Positions 51,300 through 64,000 of a stretch of 64,000 nt of DNA are shown here, one piece after another; the first letter of the stretch is position 1; the number at the start of each line of letters is the position of its first letter. Origin of the DNA: Paraspadella gotoi (Eukaryota; Animalia; Chaetognatha); contig CM119263.1 in assembly GCA_051294375.1 (NCBI GenBank), positions 30,381,376 to 30,445,375 of the forward strand. Direction: 5' to 3'. Below the pieces are notes generated by a model. That model had not been told where the DNA came from and did no database searches. It saw nothing but the letters and a program-made list of their open reading frames with translations. Made by a program: the position numbers and the translations under genes.

Positions 51300-51420
51300 T
51301 CGGCGTCGGTCGACGTCCTGCGCATGCGCGGACCCTCACGTGAAACGCGTCTTTAGTTTTAACCGCTCATTGGTCGCGTCCCGTCCACGCGTCCCCAATC
51401 CCGTACCGAATCTGGCCTCT
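51300..51420 (+). promoter_or_regulatory. Probable promoter upstream of DCLRE1A
   Basis: NRF1-like TGCGCATGCG (about 51319), E-box TCACGTGA (about 51336) and ATTGG box (about 51369) in a CpG-rich patch. Confidence 0.5.
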
Positions 51421-51823
51421 TTGTTCGGACGCTTTTCTGGCCACTTCCATGTTCCCTTTCGGTTACGAGCTTTGTCGGAAGCGCGGAGGGATGACGCGAA
51501 GACGGAAACGGCGAAGCGATGGAGATTTCGAAGAGAGGATTAAGCGATTTATAAAAAACCTAAATTAAAGTTTACCTAAAGGTTAATTTAATTACGTATA
51601 TTTACACCTTTCTCTTTGTTTGAATTAGTTTCGAATTTTCCGTCGCGTCGAGGTCTCTGGTTTAGTTTTAGATTGCAATCGAGCAGCGACGGTGCGTCCT
51701 TCATTTTTCTGTCTTTCATCTTTCGCGCCGGATGCCGACCGCCGTCTTTTTTTTTTCGGTTTTACGATTTTACGATCTGATGATTTCGAAATTTAGTTGG
51801 CGAATTTTTACAGAGAATCGGCA

Positions 51824-54800
51824 ATGGCCGATGATGACGACGACGACGATTTCCTTCCGACGGCGAAAAAACTAAAACGAAGCTTCGTTTCGCCGCGACG
51901 AATTCTCAGATCAGGAGCCTCGACTCGTGAGGGTTTGAAGACGAATTTGGAAGAAGCGTCGGCGACTTTGACGGCTGCATCGACGAGTTTGTCTGCTTCT
52001 TCGAGGAATTCGTCGGCTCCGTCGACTTCTGTTCCCTCGGAATCGCTCGCCGACACCTCGGCGTCCTCCGTCTCTTCTCCTCTTTCTCCTCTTCTCACTT
52101 CCCGACCACGCCGAACTATCAAGACGCCCCCGCGAGTCGTCGCCATCGACGACCCAGATTTATTTGACACCGAAGATGATGTGGCCTCTACAAGCCCGTC
52201 CAAACGGTCGGGCTTCTGCCCCTTTTGTCAAGTTCCCTTCTCGGCTTTGTCCGCGGTGGAGACTTCAACGTGGCACGTGTCGCTTTGTCTCTCTAGTCCG
52301 TCCAAGTCGGTGGACGAATGCCCTCTGGGGACCAAGTGTGACTCTACCATTCCGAGGTAATTATTTGATAATAATTAACTCGCCCAGAACTCTTAGTAGT
52401 AATTTACATGAAATTTCCTTAGTCATTACAAGAAGTTCACTCACGCGACTCTCGCGCGATGGCGCGACGCTGGCGGGGCAGCAGTTGCTGTGGATGCCGA
52501 CCGATTGACAGGAGCAGCAGATCAGGCGGACGAGGAAAAATCGGGGGAAGCGGCGCTACCGCACCCCGATGGAGGTTGCTTGAACGCCGCAACAGACAGC
52601 AGCACGTCGGAAATAAATTTGGGGAAAAAGGGAAATAAAAAAACCGGAAGACGAAAACTGGAAGATTTTTTTGGTCAACCGATTCCGACGCCGAGGGAAA
52701 CTGACGACGCCTCGGCGCTAAATCAGACCGAGGTCTCGGCGCCGACTAAGACTAAGACGCCGGGAGACATCAGCGGTGTTCCGTCTCGAGGATCGGAAGA
52801 AAGAGAAATCGATGAGCGGGAAAAAGCGACGGAAATGAAGACGGAAGTGACATCAACTCTCGTTGGCAAGGAAACGCGAGACGCGAACTCAAAACTGGAG
52901 GAAGTCGTTGAGAAACTTGAGGAAGAGGAGGAAGAGGTGGAATTTTCCATTGGGGCGGAAATGGAAGACGTTTTGAAGGAGCGCGTCGACGAGAATGACG
53001 AAACTGTCTCGCGGACGGAGCGATCAACACCAAATCGCGATCGGACGAAACAAATCTCCATCGCCGCCTTCTTTCCTCCGCCCCGCGTCGACGCAACCGG
53101 CGGCGGGCCCTCTTCTCGCCCCGAAAAACGAGAGGCCAAATCTGAGGCCAAAGGGTTCATCTCTCAGGCCAGTTCCGAGTGGCTGAAAAGCAAGAAGCCC
53201 ACCTTTCCCATAGCGACCGACAAATCCAAGCCGACAGCAGTGGCGGGCGGGAAATCGGAAAAGCCGACGGCGAAACGGGGCGAGCCGAACAGATCGAGAC
53301 CATGCCCTTTCTACAAATGGATTCCTGGAACCAGTTTCACTGTCGATGCGTTCAGCTTTGGACGAATCCCCGACTGCTCCGCCTACTTTCTCTCACACTT
53401 TCACGCCGATCACTATAAAGGCCTCAACAGGAAGTTTGATCACGGAACCATCGTTTGCAGGTGAGTCTCTGGCGGAGAAAAAAGAAAAACTATCTTAGAC
53501 TTAGTATAGGACTAAGCTCTGACGAACAAAGCCCGATATTTTTTTAATATATTCTTATACCGGCCAAGGTAGAATGATGGCAATATTGTTAATATTAAGT
53601 TTCAAAAAAATCCAACCATAAATATAGAAAATATTAACCAAAATCTTTGGAAAATCCACCCCTTCTTTGGAAGATTTTCGCCATAGAAGATTTTTCCAGA
53701 ATCTGACTCCCGGTTGAAAACTCTTAGAATTCTGATCGTTAGCTGCTCTTTTACTTTTACTTTAAATAAAAATTTCACCAAAATGGACTAATTCACTTTA
53801 CCATGATCGTATCATATCAAAACAACCAAATAAAATGTAAAGAAAAATTTTGAGAGCCCTTCAGACACTTTGCCAAAGGATTCCAAAATTAGACCTCATT
53901 TGTTAAACAGGAACATACCTCAGTCACGTTTATATTGTTTTCAAGGAAAAAAATCCATTTCATTTCTATATAAAATCAGAGATGGAAAATTTTTCCATCG
54001 AGAAGCAGTCTATTTGTTCTGGCTTGTTTGATATCAAGATGATGATGATTTGACAAGAGAAAAAAAATGCGAGCCCTTCAGATGCAACAGGATCGGAATC
54101 AAGTGTTTTTACATCGATATTTTACCAGAATTTTTACCAGGAGCGTTTATATTGTTTGGTAGTCAGATTTGAACGAAAATCTCCATTGAAAAAGTCTTCC
54201 TCGATCTCTAAGAACGACGTATACTCCTACTTAGTATCTTTTTCTTTTCCTTAAACTACATTTGCATATTGTAACGCTTAACTTTCTCTCTTTATAAGTA
54301 TTTTTTGTCTTGCTCATCCCGGTGAAATTTAACCTTTATACCTTGGTTATTGAAATAAATCTTGGTAGAGATAGTTTTAGTTTACGGTATGTTTGTGGTC
54401 CATTTCACTTCACTTCGATGCGCGATTTGGGAATTAAACTATTTATGACGGCGACGATGTGAATGAAATAAAATATTTGATATTTAGACTTTTGATTGAA
54501 GAAAGACAGAGAAAGATGGACAAAAAGCGAAAGGTAGAGAGAGAGAAAGACACACTTATTCTTCCACCACCTAAATTTTCTCCCGTCCCCCGCGCAGTCG
54601 CGTGACGGCGAACTTAATTAAACGCCGCCTCGGCGTTTCTCCCTCCCTCATCCTCTCCGCCGGCGTCGACGCCGCCCTCGATGTCGACGGCATCAAAGTG
54701 ACGCTCATCGAAGCCAATCATTGTCCCGGCGCCGTTTTGTTCCTCTTTCTCTTGAAGGACGGGAGGGCGTTCTTGCACACCGGAGACTTTAGGTTAGGAT

Positions 54801-56198
54801 CTCTTTTTTTTTTTCGTCGAGAGATGTTGGACGGTCATTCAATAACTGAGCTATTTCTCCCCTGACTTATGACAGACTATGACTAGGACCTGGTAGGTTT
54901 AAGACAAGCTTTTATTCAAGACTCTCTCACAGTCGTTTATTAAACTGTAACGTCCGTTTCCCTCTCAGGGCGGACGAGACGATGTTGCGACATCCGTCCC
55001 TTCAGAGTTTCGTCGGACCGAACGCGATAAAGAGGTTATTGGCGTTTGTCTTCCTTTTCGTCGTTGTTTTCCTTCTGTCAACTTCTGCACAACCCTCTTC
55101 TCGGAATCTCTCTACAGGCTAGACAACGTCTTCCTCGACACGACCTACTGCGACCCCCGCTACGATTTCCCTCCTCAACGCGACGTCGTCGAGTTCGCCG
55201 TCGACGTCGCCGTCGCCGCCGTCGCCGCGAGACCCAAGACCCTCTTCGTCTGCGGGAGCTACACCATCGGAAAGGAGAGAATATTTAAGGTGAATGGGAT
55301 AAGCGAGGGGGGGGGCGAAGAAGAGTATCGGATTAATAATAAAACGATATTGGGAGACAGCTTGAATAGGTAGTTAAAGATTAAAGGGGTAAGCGAGAAA
55401 GGGTGAGTAAAGATAAATTAACGAGAGAACTTTACCTAATTTCAATTTTGTTTGTTTAAAACTCTCAATTAAATGTTAGAATAGATTTTAAACGAACAAC
55501 TTCCCTCCCTCTCCAAAAGGCCATCGCCTCGTCTCTCTCCTCCCGCGTCTTCGTCCGCCCGGACAAACTCCTCGTCCTCCGCTGCATCGACGACGACGAC
55601 GAACTCCAGCGCCTCCTGACGAGCGAGAAAGACGCCGCCGCCGTTCACGTCATCCCCATGCACCTGCTCAACGTTCGATCCTTGGCCGAGTATTTGGCGA
55701 CGCTGCGACCGCGGTTCGATAACGTCTTGGCCTTTAAACCCACCGGTTGGACGTTTGAGAGCGAGAGGGGGAACAGGTGAGAGATGAGGGGCTTCTGTTG
55801 TCATTTGATCATCTGCATATCCGAGCACTTGATAAGAAAGTTAATGCGGTGCAACAGATTAAAATTATCTTTCTTATTTTTTTCTTCTAGAATTTAATAC
55901 ATATTTTTGGCGTCGATTCTATAATTTCGTCCCCCCCCCTCTTTTTCTCTCCAGCACCATTCGTCACTCCTCCTCTTCCTCTTCCGCCGTTCTTCGTCGC
56001 ATCGTCCCCACCCGCTCTGGACCCGTCACCGTCTACGGCGTCCCCTACAGCGAACACTCCTCCTTTGACGAGTTGCGTCGCTTCGTCGTCGCCACGAGAC
56101 CCAAACGAGTCACGCCCACCGTGAATGTGGGCGTGGCCGAGAAGCGAGATGCCATGCAGGCGACGTTTCGGGAGTGGATGCGCGATGCGGATTGTTAA
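51824..56198 (+). CDS. DCLRE1A: DNA cross-link repair 1A (SNM1A), MBL/beta-CASP nuclease
   Basis: UBZ-like [16 protein letters not shown]-like [24 protein letters not shown]-like [57 protein letters not shown]. Confidence 0.95.
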
Positions 56199-56542
56199 GC
56201 GGAGAGATGGGCAAGGGCGTCTTCGTGCGGACTCTAGTCGATTTTTGATCTTCTTATATTTCAATATGTTTTGTCATTTTTATTATTGAATTCTTGTTTC
56301 GCCCTTTATTTTAGATTAAAAAAAATTGCCATTTTAGAAATTAAATTACCGTTTGTTTTAAACTTTGAATTTTATAATATGTTGCTCTCGTCCCGATATT
56401 GGCGACGAATTCTGATTGGCCTTTCCTTTTTTTAGACAAGAAAGAACTGTGTTTTTCCTCGACTCAAAATCAAGGATGATCTAAAGATTCCAATTGATAT
56501 TTTTTTTTGTTCAACAGACTTTGATTAAAAAACTCGACCAAA

Positions 56543-59500
56543 ATGGTTTTAATGTACGCCTTGTTCGAGCATGCCTCCGGTTATGCTCTTTTCCTTGTTA
56601 AGGAATTCGAAGAGGTAAGGATCGGCCTATTTCCTTTTGAAATTCTTATTTTTTTCCCAACGCCCTCACGAGTATGTTCTTTCTTCAGGTGGGAATGCTT
56701 TTGCCTCAAGTGGAGGCCGGGGTGAAGGACCTCGGGCGATTCCAAGGGCTCGTCCGACTCACCGCCTTTAGCCCCTTCAAGAGCGGGGCCAACGCGTTAG
56801 ACAACATCAACGCCATCTCCGAAGGGATCCTGCATGAGGACTTGAAAAACTTTTTGGAGGTTCAGTCAAATGAGACAAAACTTTAAATGGATTTGCATAT
56901 TGCAATAATTTAATACTTTAGTATTATAAAGGTTGTAAGACTCATTAAGTGAATTGTTATTTTATTTACTTATTATTTAAAAGTTGTTTTTGTAAATTTG
57001 TAATAGTTAAAATTCTTCCTAACAATACATTGCAATGATATAAAAATAATTATAATTACAACAAATTTTCTCCACAGACTAACATTCCTGCTAAATCGAA
57101 AGACGGAAGCGACGTCCGTCTGGGCGTCGCCGACTCTAAGATCAGCGCCGCCATTTTCGAGGGAATCGGCATCAAGTGTCAACACTCCGGAGTGGTGAGC
57201 AATGATGATGATGATGATACTGAAGGCTGATCATGATGATTAACCATCCCCCCTTTCAGGCCGAGGAGATCCTCCGCGGGATCCGCCTTCATTTCCCCCA
57301 TTTCGTGACGGGCCTCTCCCCGACGGCCGAAGCCAAAGCTCAGCTGGGTCTCGGCCACAGCTACTCGAGGGCGAAGGTCAAGTTTAATATCCATCGCGTC
57401 GACAACATGATCATCCAGGTAGAGAGAGACAGAAGGGTGTGCCCGTTGAGTCCCAATTCGATCGTCGTCCGCCTTTGAGTAAATCGCATGTCCTCGTCTC
57501 TTCAAGGCCATCGCCCTACTGGATCAACTGGACAAGGACATCAACACGTTCGCTATGCGCGTGCGCGAGTGGTACTCGTACCATTTCCCCGAACTCGTCA
57601 AGATCGTTCCCGACAACTACACTTACGCTCGCGTCGCCTGCTTCGTCAAGAGTCGCAAGGATTTTGGGGAGGAGATGGTGGAACCGCTCGAGGAGATTGT
57701 AATGGACAGCTCCAAGGCTAAGGTTCGGATGTCAGTGTGGGACATAAACTCTCGTAAAATTAGAAAATAATTAGAAAATCAGTTAAAAAATTAATCGCTA
57801 ATTTAATTTCCTAATTTATTAAATTTTAGGCCGTCTACGACGCGTCCCGCATGTCGATGGGGATGGACATCTCCGAGATCGACTTGATCAACATCGAACG
57901 GTTCGCCAAACGAGTCGTGGCTTTGGCCGATTATCGCAAGACTCTCTTCGAGTATCTCGCCGATCGTATGAAGGTTAGGACTGAGCTTTGAATTGATCCT
58001 TTTATTTCTTTTCGATCTCATTGTCTGTTTTCCTCTCTCCAGATGTGCGCACCCAACTTGGCGTCTCTCATCGGAGACCTGGTGGGCGCGAGGCTGATCT
58101 CCCACGCGGGGTCATTGACTAACCTGGCAAAGTATCCAGCCTCAACCGTGCAAATCCTCGGCGCGGAGAAAGCACTTTTTAGGTTGGTTATTTCTCTCTT
58201 AATCTTTTTCTTATTGTCTACGACCTTAACTAGTATTTATTACGGTTTTGCACGCCTTATTTTAGGAGCCTTTAAGATTTGACTTAATCTTATTTTATCT
58301 TTCAGAGCCCTCAAGACCCGGGGGAACACCCCCAAATACGGGCTCATCTTCCACTCGACCTTCATCGGTCGCGCCGGCGCCAAGAACAAGGGCCGCATCT
58401 CCCGGTATCTCGCCAACAAGTGCTCCATCGCCTCGAGGATCGACTGCTTCTCCGAAAATCCCTCTTCAGTCTTCGGCGACCACCTCAAGCAGCAAGTGGA
58501 GGACAGGTATGTCCTTTTGGTGGAATCGCCTCTTTAGATTCGCCTTTGACTCAAAGTTTGAGCGTATCGATAAATAATTATAAATATTAATATTATTTAA
58601 TTCCATTACAAAGGCTGAAATTCTACGAGGACGGGGCTGCGCCAACGAAGAACGTGGACGTGATGAAACAGGCCTGCATCGAGTACGCGTTGCAGCAGGA
58701 GAAGGCGGCCAATGAAGAGAAAAAGAAAAAGAAAGAAGAGAAGAAGAAGAGAAAGAGTCAGGCGAACGAAAGTAAGGCGGGGGGGGGGGGAATTTGGATC
58801 GATCAATGAAATCAATCATTTCAATCGATCTTTAATATCTCACTTCCTCAGCGTCGGCTACCAACGGCGACGTCGAAACGAAAACGGAAGAGGAAGTCGC
58901 GACTCCGAAGAAGAAGAAAAAGAAAAATGAGATGAATACTAGTGAGTTTTGCGATGTGGCGATAACTATTCGGTATTAATAAATAACTAAGAAATATTGT
59001 TAATTCTCCAGCATTGGAGACGACGCTGGACTCGACAACGAACGGTGACGTCGATTCCGCGAAGAAGAAGAAAAAGAAAAAGAAGGATTTGGATTTGGAT
59101 GAATCCGCCGATGATGATGATGATGATCCCGCGGGTAATGAGTTTGGTTTCCATGGGTTACGTTCAAGTGGTATTTGTAAACATTTCATTTTCATTTTAT
59201 TTTCAGAAAATTTGACGAACGGCAAGAAAAATAAAGAGAAACGTAAGTACATGGCGTCTAGTGCATTGTCTTGTCTTTCCAATGTCAATCTATCAATTGC
59301 GGTGTTGGTGATTTGTACAATAAAATTTCAGGATCGATCTCGGAATCTACGCTGGATGAGTCGATCGTGACGCCGAAAAAGAAGAAGAAGAAGAACAAAG
59401 GGGGAGAAGCGGATTCCACGCTCGATCAAAGTAGGTTTCAATTTTTCTATTTTTTTTTATTTACAAATTGATTTTTTTTCTTCTTTTTTCATTGAAGGCG

Positions 59501-59948
59501 CGGTAGCGTTAGAGACTCCCGACGGGAAAAAGAAGAAGAAAAATAAGTCGGTGGACCTCGACTCCTCCATGAATATCAGTCAGTATTTTTTTTATATTAT
59601 CTTTATCAAATTTAACCATTAAAACTTAATTTTTAAACAAATAAATACTTTTATCTTTTGCTTTTTTAAGGCGCCCAGTCGGTCGCGACGACCCCCGGCG
59701 GCGACGCGAACGAATCCGCAAAGAAGAAAAAGAAAAAGAGCAAAAGCCTCGAATCTTCGAAGATCGGCGAGGGTGAGGCCGATAGAAGGATATATATTAA
59801 TAATTGATTTGGCTTAAAAGTAATTGTCTCTTCTAATTATTTTTCCTCCCACTTCGCAGAATCCACGCCCAAGAAATCTCCGGCCCTGGACCAATCTCTT
59901 TCTTCGGAAAAGAAAAAGAAGAAAAAGAAAAAAACATCCGACGATTAA
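56543..59948 (+). CDS. NOP56: Nucleolar protein 56 (box C/D snoRNP)
   Basis: [67 protein letters not shown], Lys-rich tail. Confidence 0.97.
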
Positions 59949-60502
59949 GAAAAAAATCTTTTTTCTCTCTTAGACTCGAAGCGCGATTTTCTAGTTGTTT
60001 AGACAATCTGCCGTCGTTGTTGTTGTTGTTGTTAATCATGAGTTAAAAAAGGTCGCGCGACCTTATTGGCCTTTTGAAGCGAGACGAAAATTATTTCCCC
60101 CCCCTTCTCTTTTTCTATTTTCTCATTCAATCTTACCACCCGCTTTGTTTTGTTATTTCAGCCGTTTCGTTTCAGCGATCGATCGAAGAGAAAAGTAACT
60201 GCGCGTTTCAATTTGTAAAAAAATTAAAGAAAATCACAAAAACTTGGGAGGACGACCGTCGACCGGACTTCGTTTAGCAAATTCGCCAAAGAATAAAAGA
60301 TTGAAATGCGTTGATAATTATTCTGCCGACTAAGAAGTGATTGTCGCTTCCCCCTTTCGACTTTAATTTTCAAAAAAGAATTCGGCCAACGGAGATTTTA
60401 TCGGATTATTTAAATTACGTCCTCTGGAAAACGTGGGAAAAGATGTTTGGCGGGAAGTAAAAAGTTTAAATCCCTCGGATCAATCGAAAAGAAAAAGGAA
60501 CA

Positions 60503-62492
60503 ATGTATCGGACCCTTTGTCGCGTCTGGTGGGCGGGGCTGCCTCGACTCACGCCGACCAAGTCTCCGTCTCTCTCGTCCACTTTATCTCGCTGCTGCTC
60601 ATCCTCTTCCTCCCCTCCTTCCCTCTCCACCTCTCTCGAGACGATCCCAAAGAGCGAGATGTACTTTAAAGCGGCCGGACGCGTCCACCGCGAGGACAGA
60701 TGCACTTACCACGGGACTGACATGCACCTGCTTTTGCCCGGTGTCGACGACGTGAAAAATCCCATGACCAATATAAAAAATCCTCAGGTGCCGTTGTCAA
60801 CGGCGTTGAGCCAATGTTTGCCGGGGAGAGGTTGTCGTTTCCCCATGAATCTCGGTCAACTTTGGCCATTTTGATTATCCCTTTATATTCATTTCCCCAT
60901 CCTGGATTTTGACCAGGTGATCGAAGATTTATTTCCCATCGAATGCGACGTCCTCGTCGTCGGCGGCGGCATCATGGGCGCCAGCGTCTCCTATTGGCTG
61001 GCGATGATGCGGACCGGCGCCAACATCGTCTGCGTGGAAAGGGATCTCACCTACACGCAGGTTGTCGCTCGGTAACTCTAGATCCTCTTTCCCTTTCGCG
61101 ATGATCGCTTGTCCCCCTAGAGATCGTCGCTGCCCCACCCCCCACCCCCCACTCCCCAATCGATATCTCGGGCCCGATAAGGCAGAGGACCGCTCAATGA
61201 CTCATTCAGGCGTCGACCGTGTTGTCCGTTGGCGGCATCAGGCAGCAGTTCTCGCTGCCAGAGAATATCGCCATGTCAATGTACGGCGCAGAATTTCTCC
61301 GCGACTCTTTCCGCCATCTTTGCGTCTACGGGGAAGAACCTCCAGCCATCGGATATCATCCTCAGGTTTTTTAAAAAGGAGCGACGGGATTGAACCCGGT
61401 ACTCGCGGTTGGTGAGTTTAAGACAAAAGTTTAATCTCTTCCTCCTCTTTCCCCAGGGTTACCTCTTCCTAGCCTCGACTGAAGACGGCGCTCGCGACAT
61501 GGAGATCTCCCACGGCGTCCAGCGGCGCATGGGGGCGCAAGTCTCGCTCATGTCTCCCGAAAAACTCAAAAGCGAATTCCCGTGGCTCAACGTAAACGGA
61601 ATCCTCCTGGGATCCTTTGGGCTCGAGAACGAAGGCTGGTTCGACCCCTGGGGCCTTTTGAACGGCTTTAAGTTTAAGGCCAAATCGGAAGGCGCTAGAT
61701 TTCTTCAGGGTAAGTCTCACTTGTTTCTTCGTTGTTCTTTGTTGTTTTTTTTTTACTCCTCTCTCTCTTCTCTTCTCTCTTTTTCTCCAGGCGACGTTCT
61801 CGGCTTCAAATTCATGGATCCCGCTGCCTCCAACGGGATCGACCGCATCGGAGAGGCCTACGTCCGGCGCCACGACGGCTTGATTCAGCCTCTCCGCTTC
61901 AGCCGCGTCGTAAACGCGGCCGGCGCTTGGTCCGGCCGTGTCGCTCGCCTCTGCAAGGTTGGCACCGACGACATGGACGACCCCAATGATGTCCGCACGG
62001 TCAAGCTGCCCGTCGAGCCGCGCAAACGCTTCGTCTACGTCCTCCACTGCCCCGACGGTCCGGGGCTCGACTGCCCCATGGTGGTCGACCCGTCCGGGCT
62101 CTACTTTCGCCGCGAGGGCCTCGCCGGTTTCTACCTGTGCGGAATTTCGCCAAAGCCCGAAGACGAGCCCAGCGTCGATAATTTGGACGTCGACTATGAA
62201 TATTTTAACGAGGTTTGTGCAGTGTGCAAAGTTTGTAGGCTGATTGGTTAGTTTTTGTCATTAGGGTGAAAATGGTTCAACTCTCTCCTTATTCTTGTCC
62301 CGCCTTCGCCTCCAGGTGGTCTGGCCTCTTCTCGCAGAGCGAGTCCCCGCTTTCGAAAAGTGTAAGGTGAAAAACGCGTGGGCTGGATATTATGACTACA
62401 ACTTTTACGATGAAAACTGCGTCATCGGCGGTCATCCCTACTACAGAAACGTTTTCTTTTGCACCGGATTTTCAGGCCATGGAATTCAGCAG
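60503..62492 (+). CDS. FOXRED1: FAD-dependent oxidoreductase domain-containing 1 (complex I assembly factor); last exon not found in the window
   Basis: Mitochondrial-targeting-like N-terminus, [63 protein letters not shown] followed by a GT donor. Confidence 0.93.
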
Positions 62493-62670
62493 GTGGATAA
62501 GGGAATGAGTGGAAATAGTTTGTGGAATTAGTGGAAGTATGTGGAATTAGTTGATTCCAGTGTAATTGGTTTAATGCATATTGTTTAATTGGTAGAAATA
62601 TGTGGAATGAGTGGAAATATGTGGAATTATGTGGAATTTCGGAAACCTGTGGAATTAGTAGAAATATGTA
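62493..62670. repeat. (GTGGAATTA)-type minisatellite at a FOXRED1 intron start
   Basis: Many degenerate GTGGAAT units. Confidence 0.85.
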
Positions 62671-64000
62671 ATTCTATTTCATGTTTTTCTCCCCACCAAC
62701 AAAGTGAGCATCTGCTCTGCAAAACGCGACATCCCCAGAGAAAAACGAAGAGGAAACCTCTTCCCCGCCTTCTTCTTCCCCCTCCCGTACGCTACCTCAG
62801 TACGCCGACATGAGACAGAATCACTTCTTCTGTTCGCGCTTTTGCGCTCAGTCTCCCGGCTTTTTTACGAAAATATTTTTTGATTATTTTTGTTGAAATA
62901 ATTTTGCATATTTTTCGTTTCTCTTTTTTGGAGTTCAGAATACAGATATTCTTCAACACGTGGCTTTTTTGAAGTTCTCTCTTCACGGCCGCCATCTTTT
63001 TCGTCTTCGTTGTGCGTGGCTTCGAGGGAAGAGCCTTGACTCGGCCCTTTCGCTTGCCCTCGACGCACCCTGCGCGGCTGCGGAGGGAAGAGCCGCGACT
63101 CGGCCCTCTCGTTTGCCCTCGGCGCTTAGTACGGCTGCAGGGGGGAAGAACCTTGTTTTCGGCCCCCTTGTTTGTCCAGTGCTCTCCGTTTTTTGGACTG
63201 AGGCGCGTGTTTTCAACTCGACTACCCTCATGTCTCTTCCGCCACCGCCGCCTCCACCGCCTCCACCATCAGCCATTCCGGGCTTTTCTGGTCAGGCCGA
63301 AGTCATGCCCCTTCAGATGGAGGCAGTTCTGCTCCAAATTAGCAACGCTCTTTCTAGCGTTCGTCGCGAATTTAAGGAGTTTCGCCGCTCGTCTCGTTCC
63401 GAGTTGGAGAGTCTTCGGCGTGAGTTCTTCTTTCTTTTCGTTTTTTTTTTTCGCCTTTTTTTGGCGTACATTCGGCGTACAGGGGTTTTCCTCCTGTGCC
63501 CCACCTAACTCGACTTTGTTTGTTTGTTTTTTGTCGGGCCTTCGCGTCCTCTGGTCTTGTTACAGGCTCACTTTGTTGGTGGGGAAGAACAACATGATAG
63601 AATTTATGGTTCCAAATGGAACCGGGATTCTTCATGGTTCTTCCCCACCAACAACCACCCACCGTCCACCCCTGGCACCACCGGTGGTGGAGGGCGGCTC
63701 AGGCTCGCTTGTCTTGTTTGGTGAGGTGTTTTTGGGGTTCTTTTTTTGAGACTGTCATTTTTCAATGATTTCTCTTTTTTTCCATGTACGTTTTCTTCAT
63801 GGTTCTTGGACGCCTCTGTTCGCCATTTTGCCGTTTTTCGTCGGTCTTCGTTTGTTCGCCAGCGACTTGGAGTCTTCGCGTTCTTTGGCGGCCTCTTCGG
63901 CGGCGGATCGGCCTTCACGCTCGAGCGGGTGACTGTGTCACGCCTTCCTCGTCGAGCCCCTTCTGCGCAAGTCGACGACCACGCCTCCGTTTCCGGATCA
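62670..64000. mobile_element. Unclassified GC-rich insertion in the FOXRED1 intron, possibly a retroelement start
   Basis: Abrupt GC rise; about 41-bp inverted repeat at 62670-62710 / 63566-63606; plus-strand poly-Pro and coiled-coil ORF piece; no diagnostic domain seen. Confidence 0.35.

Noticed and set aside
53650-54210. MITE in a DCLRE1A intron
   Set aside because: Only weak inverted similarity and no TSD found
57195-57259. C/D snoRNA in a NOP56 intron (ATGATGA..CTGA)
   Set aside because: Boxes arise from a (GAT)n microsatellite and the intron is too short. No snoRNA could be supported in other NOP56 introns without a covariance search.

Overview
This is AT-rich, intron-dense animal genomic DNA: GC/CpG-rich exons, short AT-rich introns and many microsatellites. 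The ORF track is fragmented, so gene models were spliced by eye and exon edges are approximate. From left to right: the 3' part of CFAP45 (+), with two in-frame alternative last exons; four tandem ceramide-kinase-like lipid kinase genes with C-terminal membrane anchors (+); a multi-C2H2 zinc-finger gene (-); PAIP2 (-); then seven tightly packed co-oriented genes (+): LIN37, borealin/CDCA8, FAM172A, EIF3B, DCLRE1A, NOP56 and FOXRED1 (last exon not found in the window). Mobile DNA includes a truncated Penelope-like retroelement with inverted ends and a 14-bp target-site duplication (TSD), a hAT MITE with an 8-bp TSD, tRNA-derived SINEs and other dispersed repeats. The best leads are candidate operons with SL trans-splicing, the divergent tail-anchored CERK-like family, a perfect 142-bp-arm hairpin in a GC-AG intron, introns built from echoes of their own exon junctions, and a NOP56 tail made of symmetric cassette exons. 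Gene identities come from recalled motifs, not database searches.
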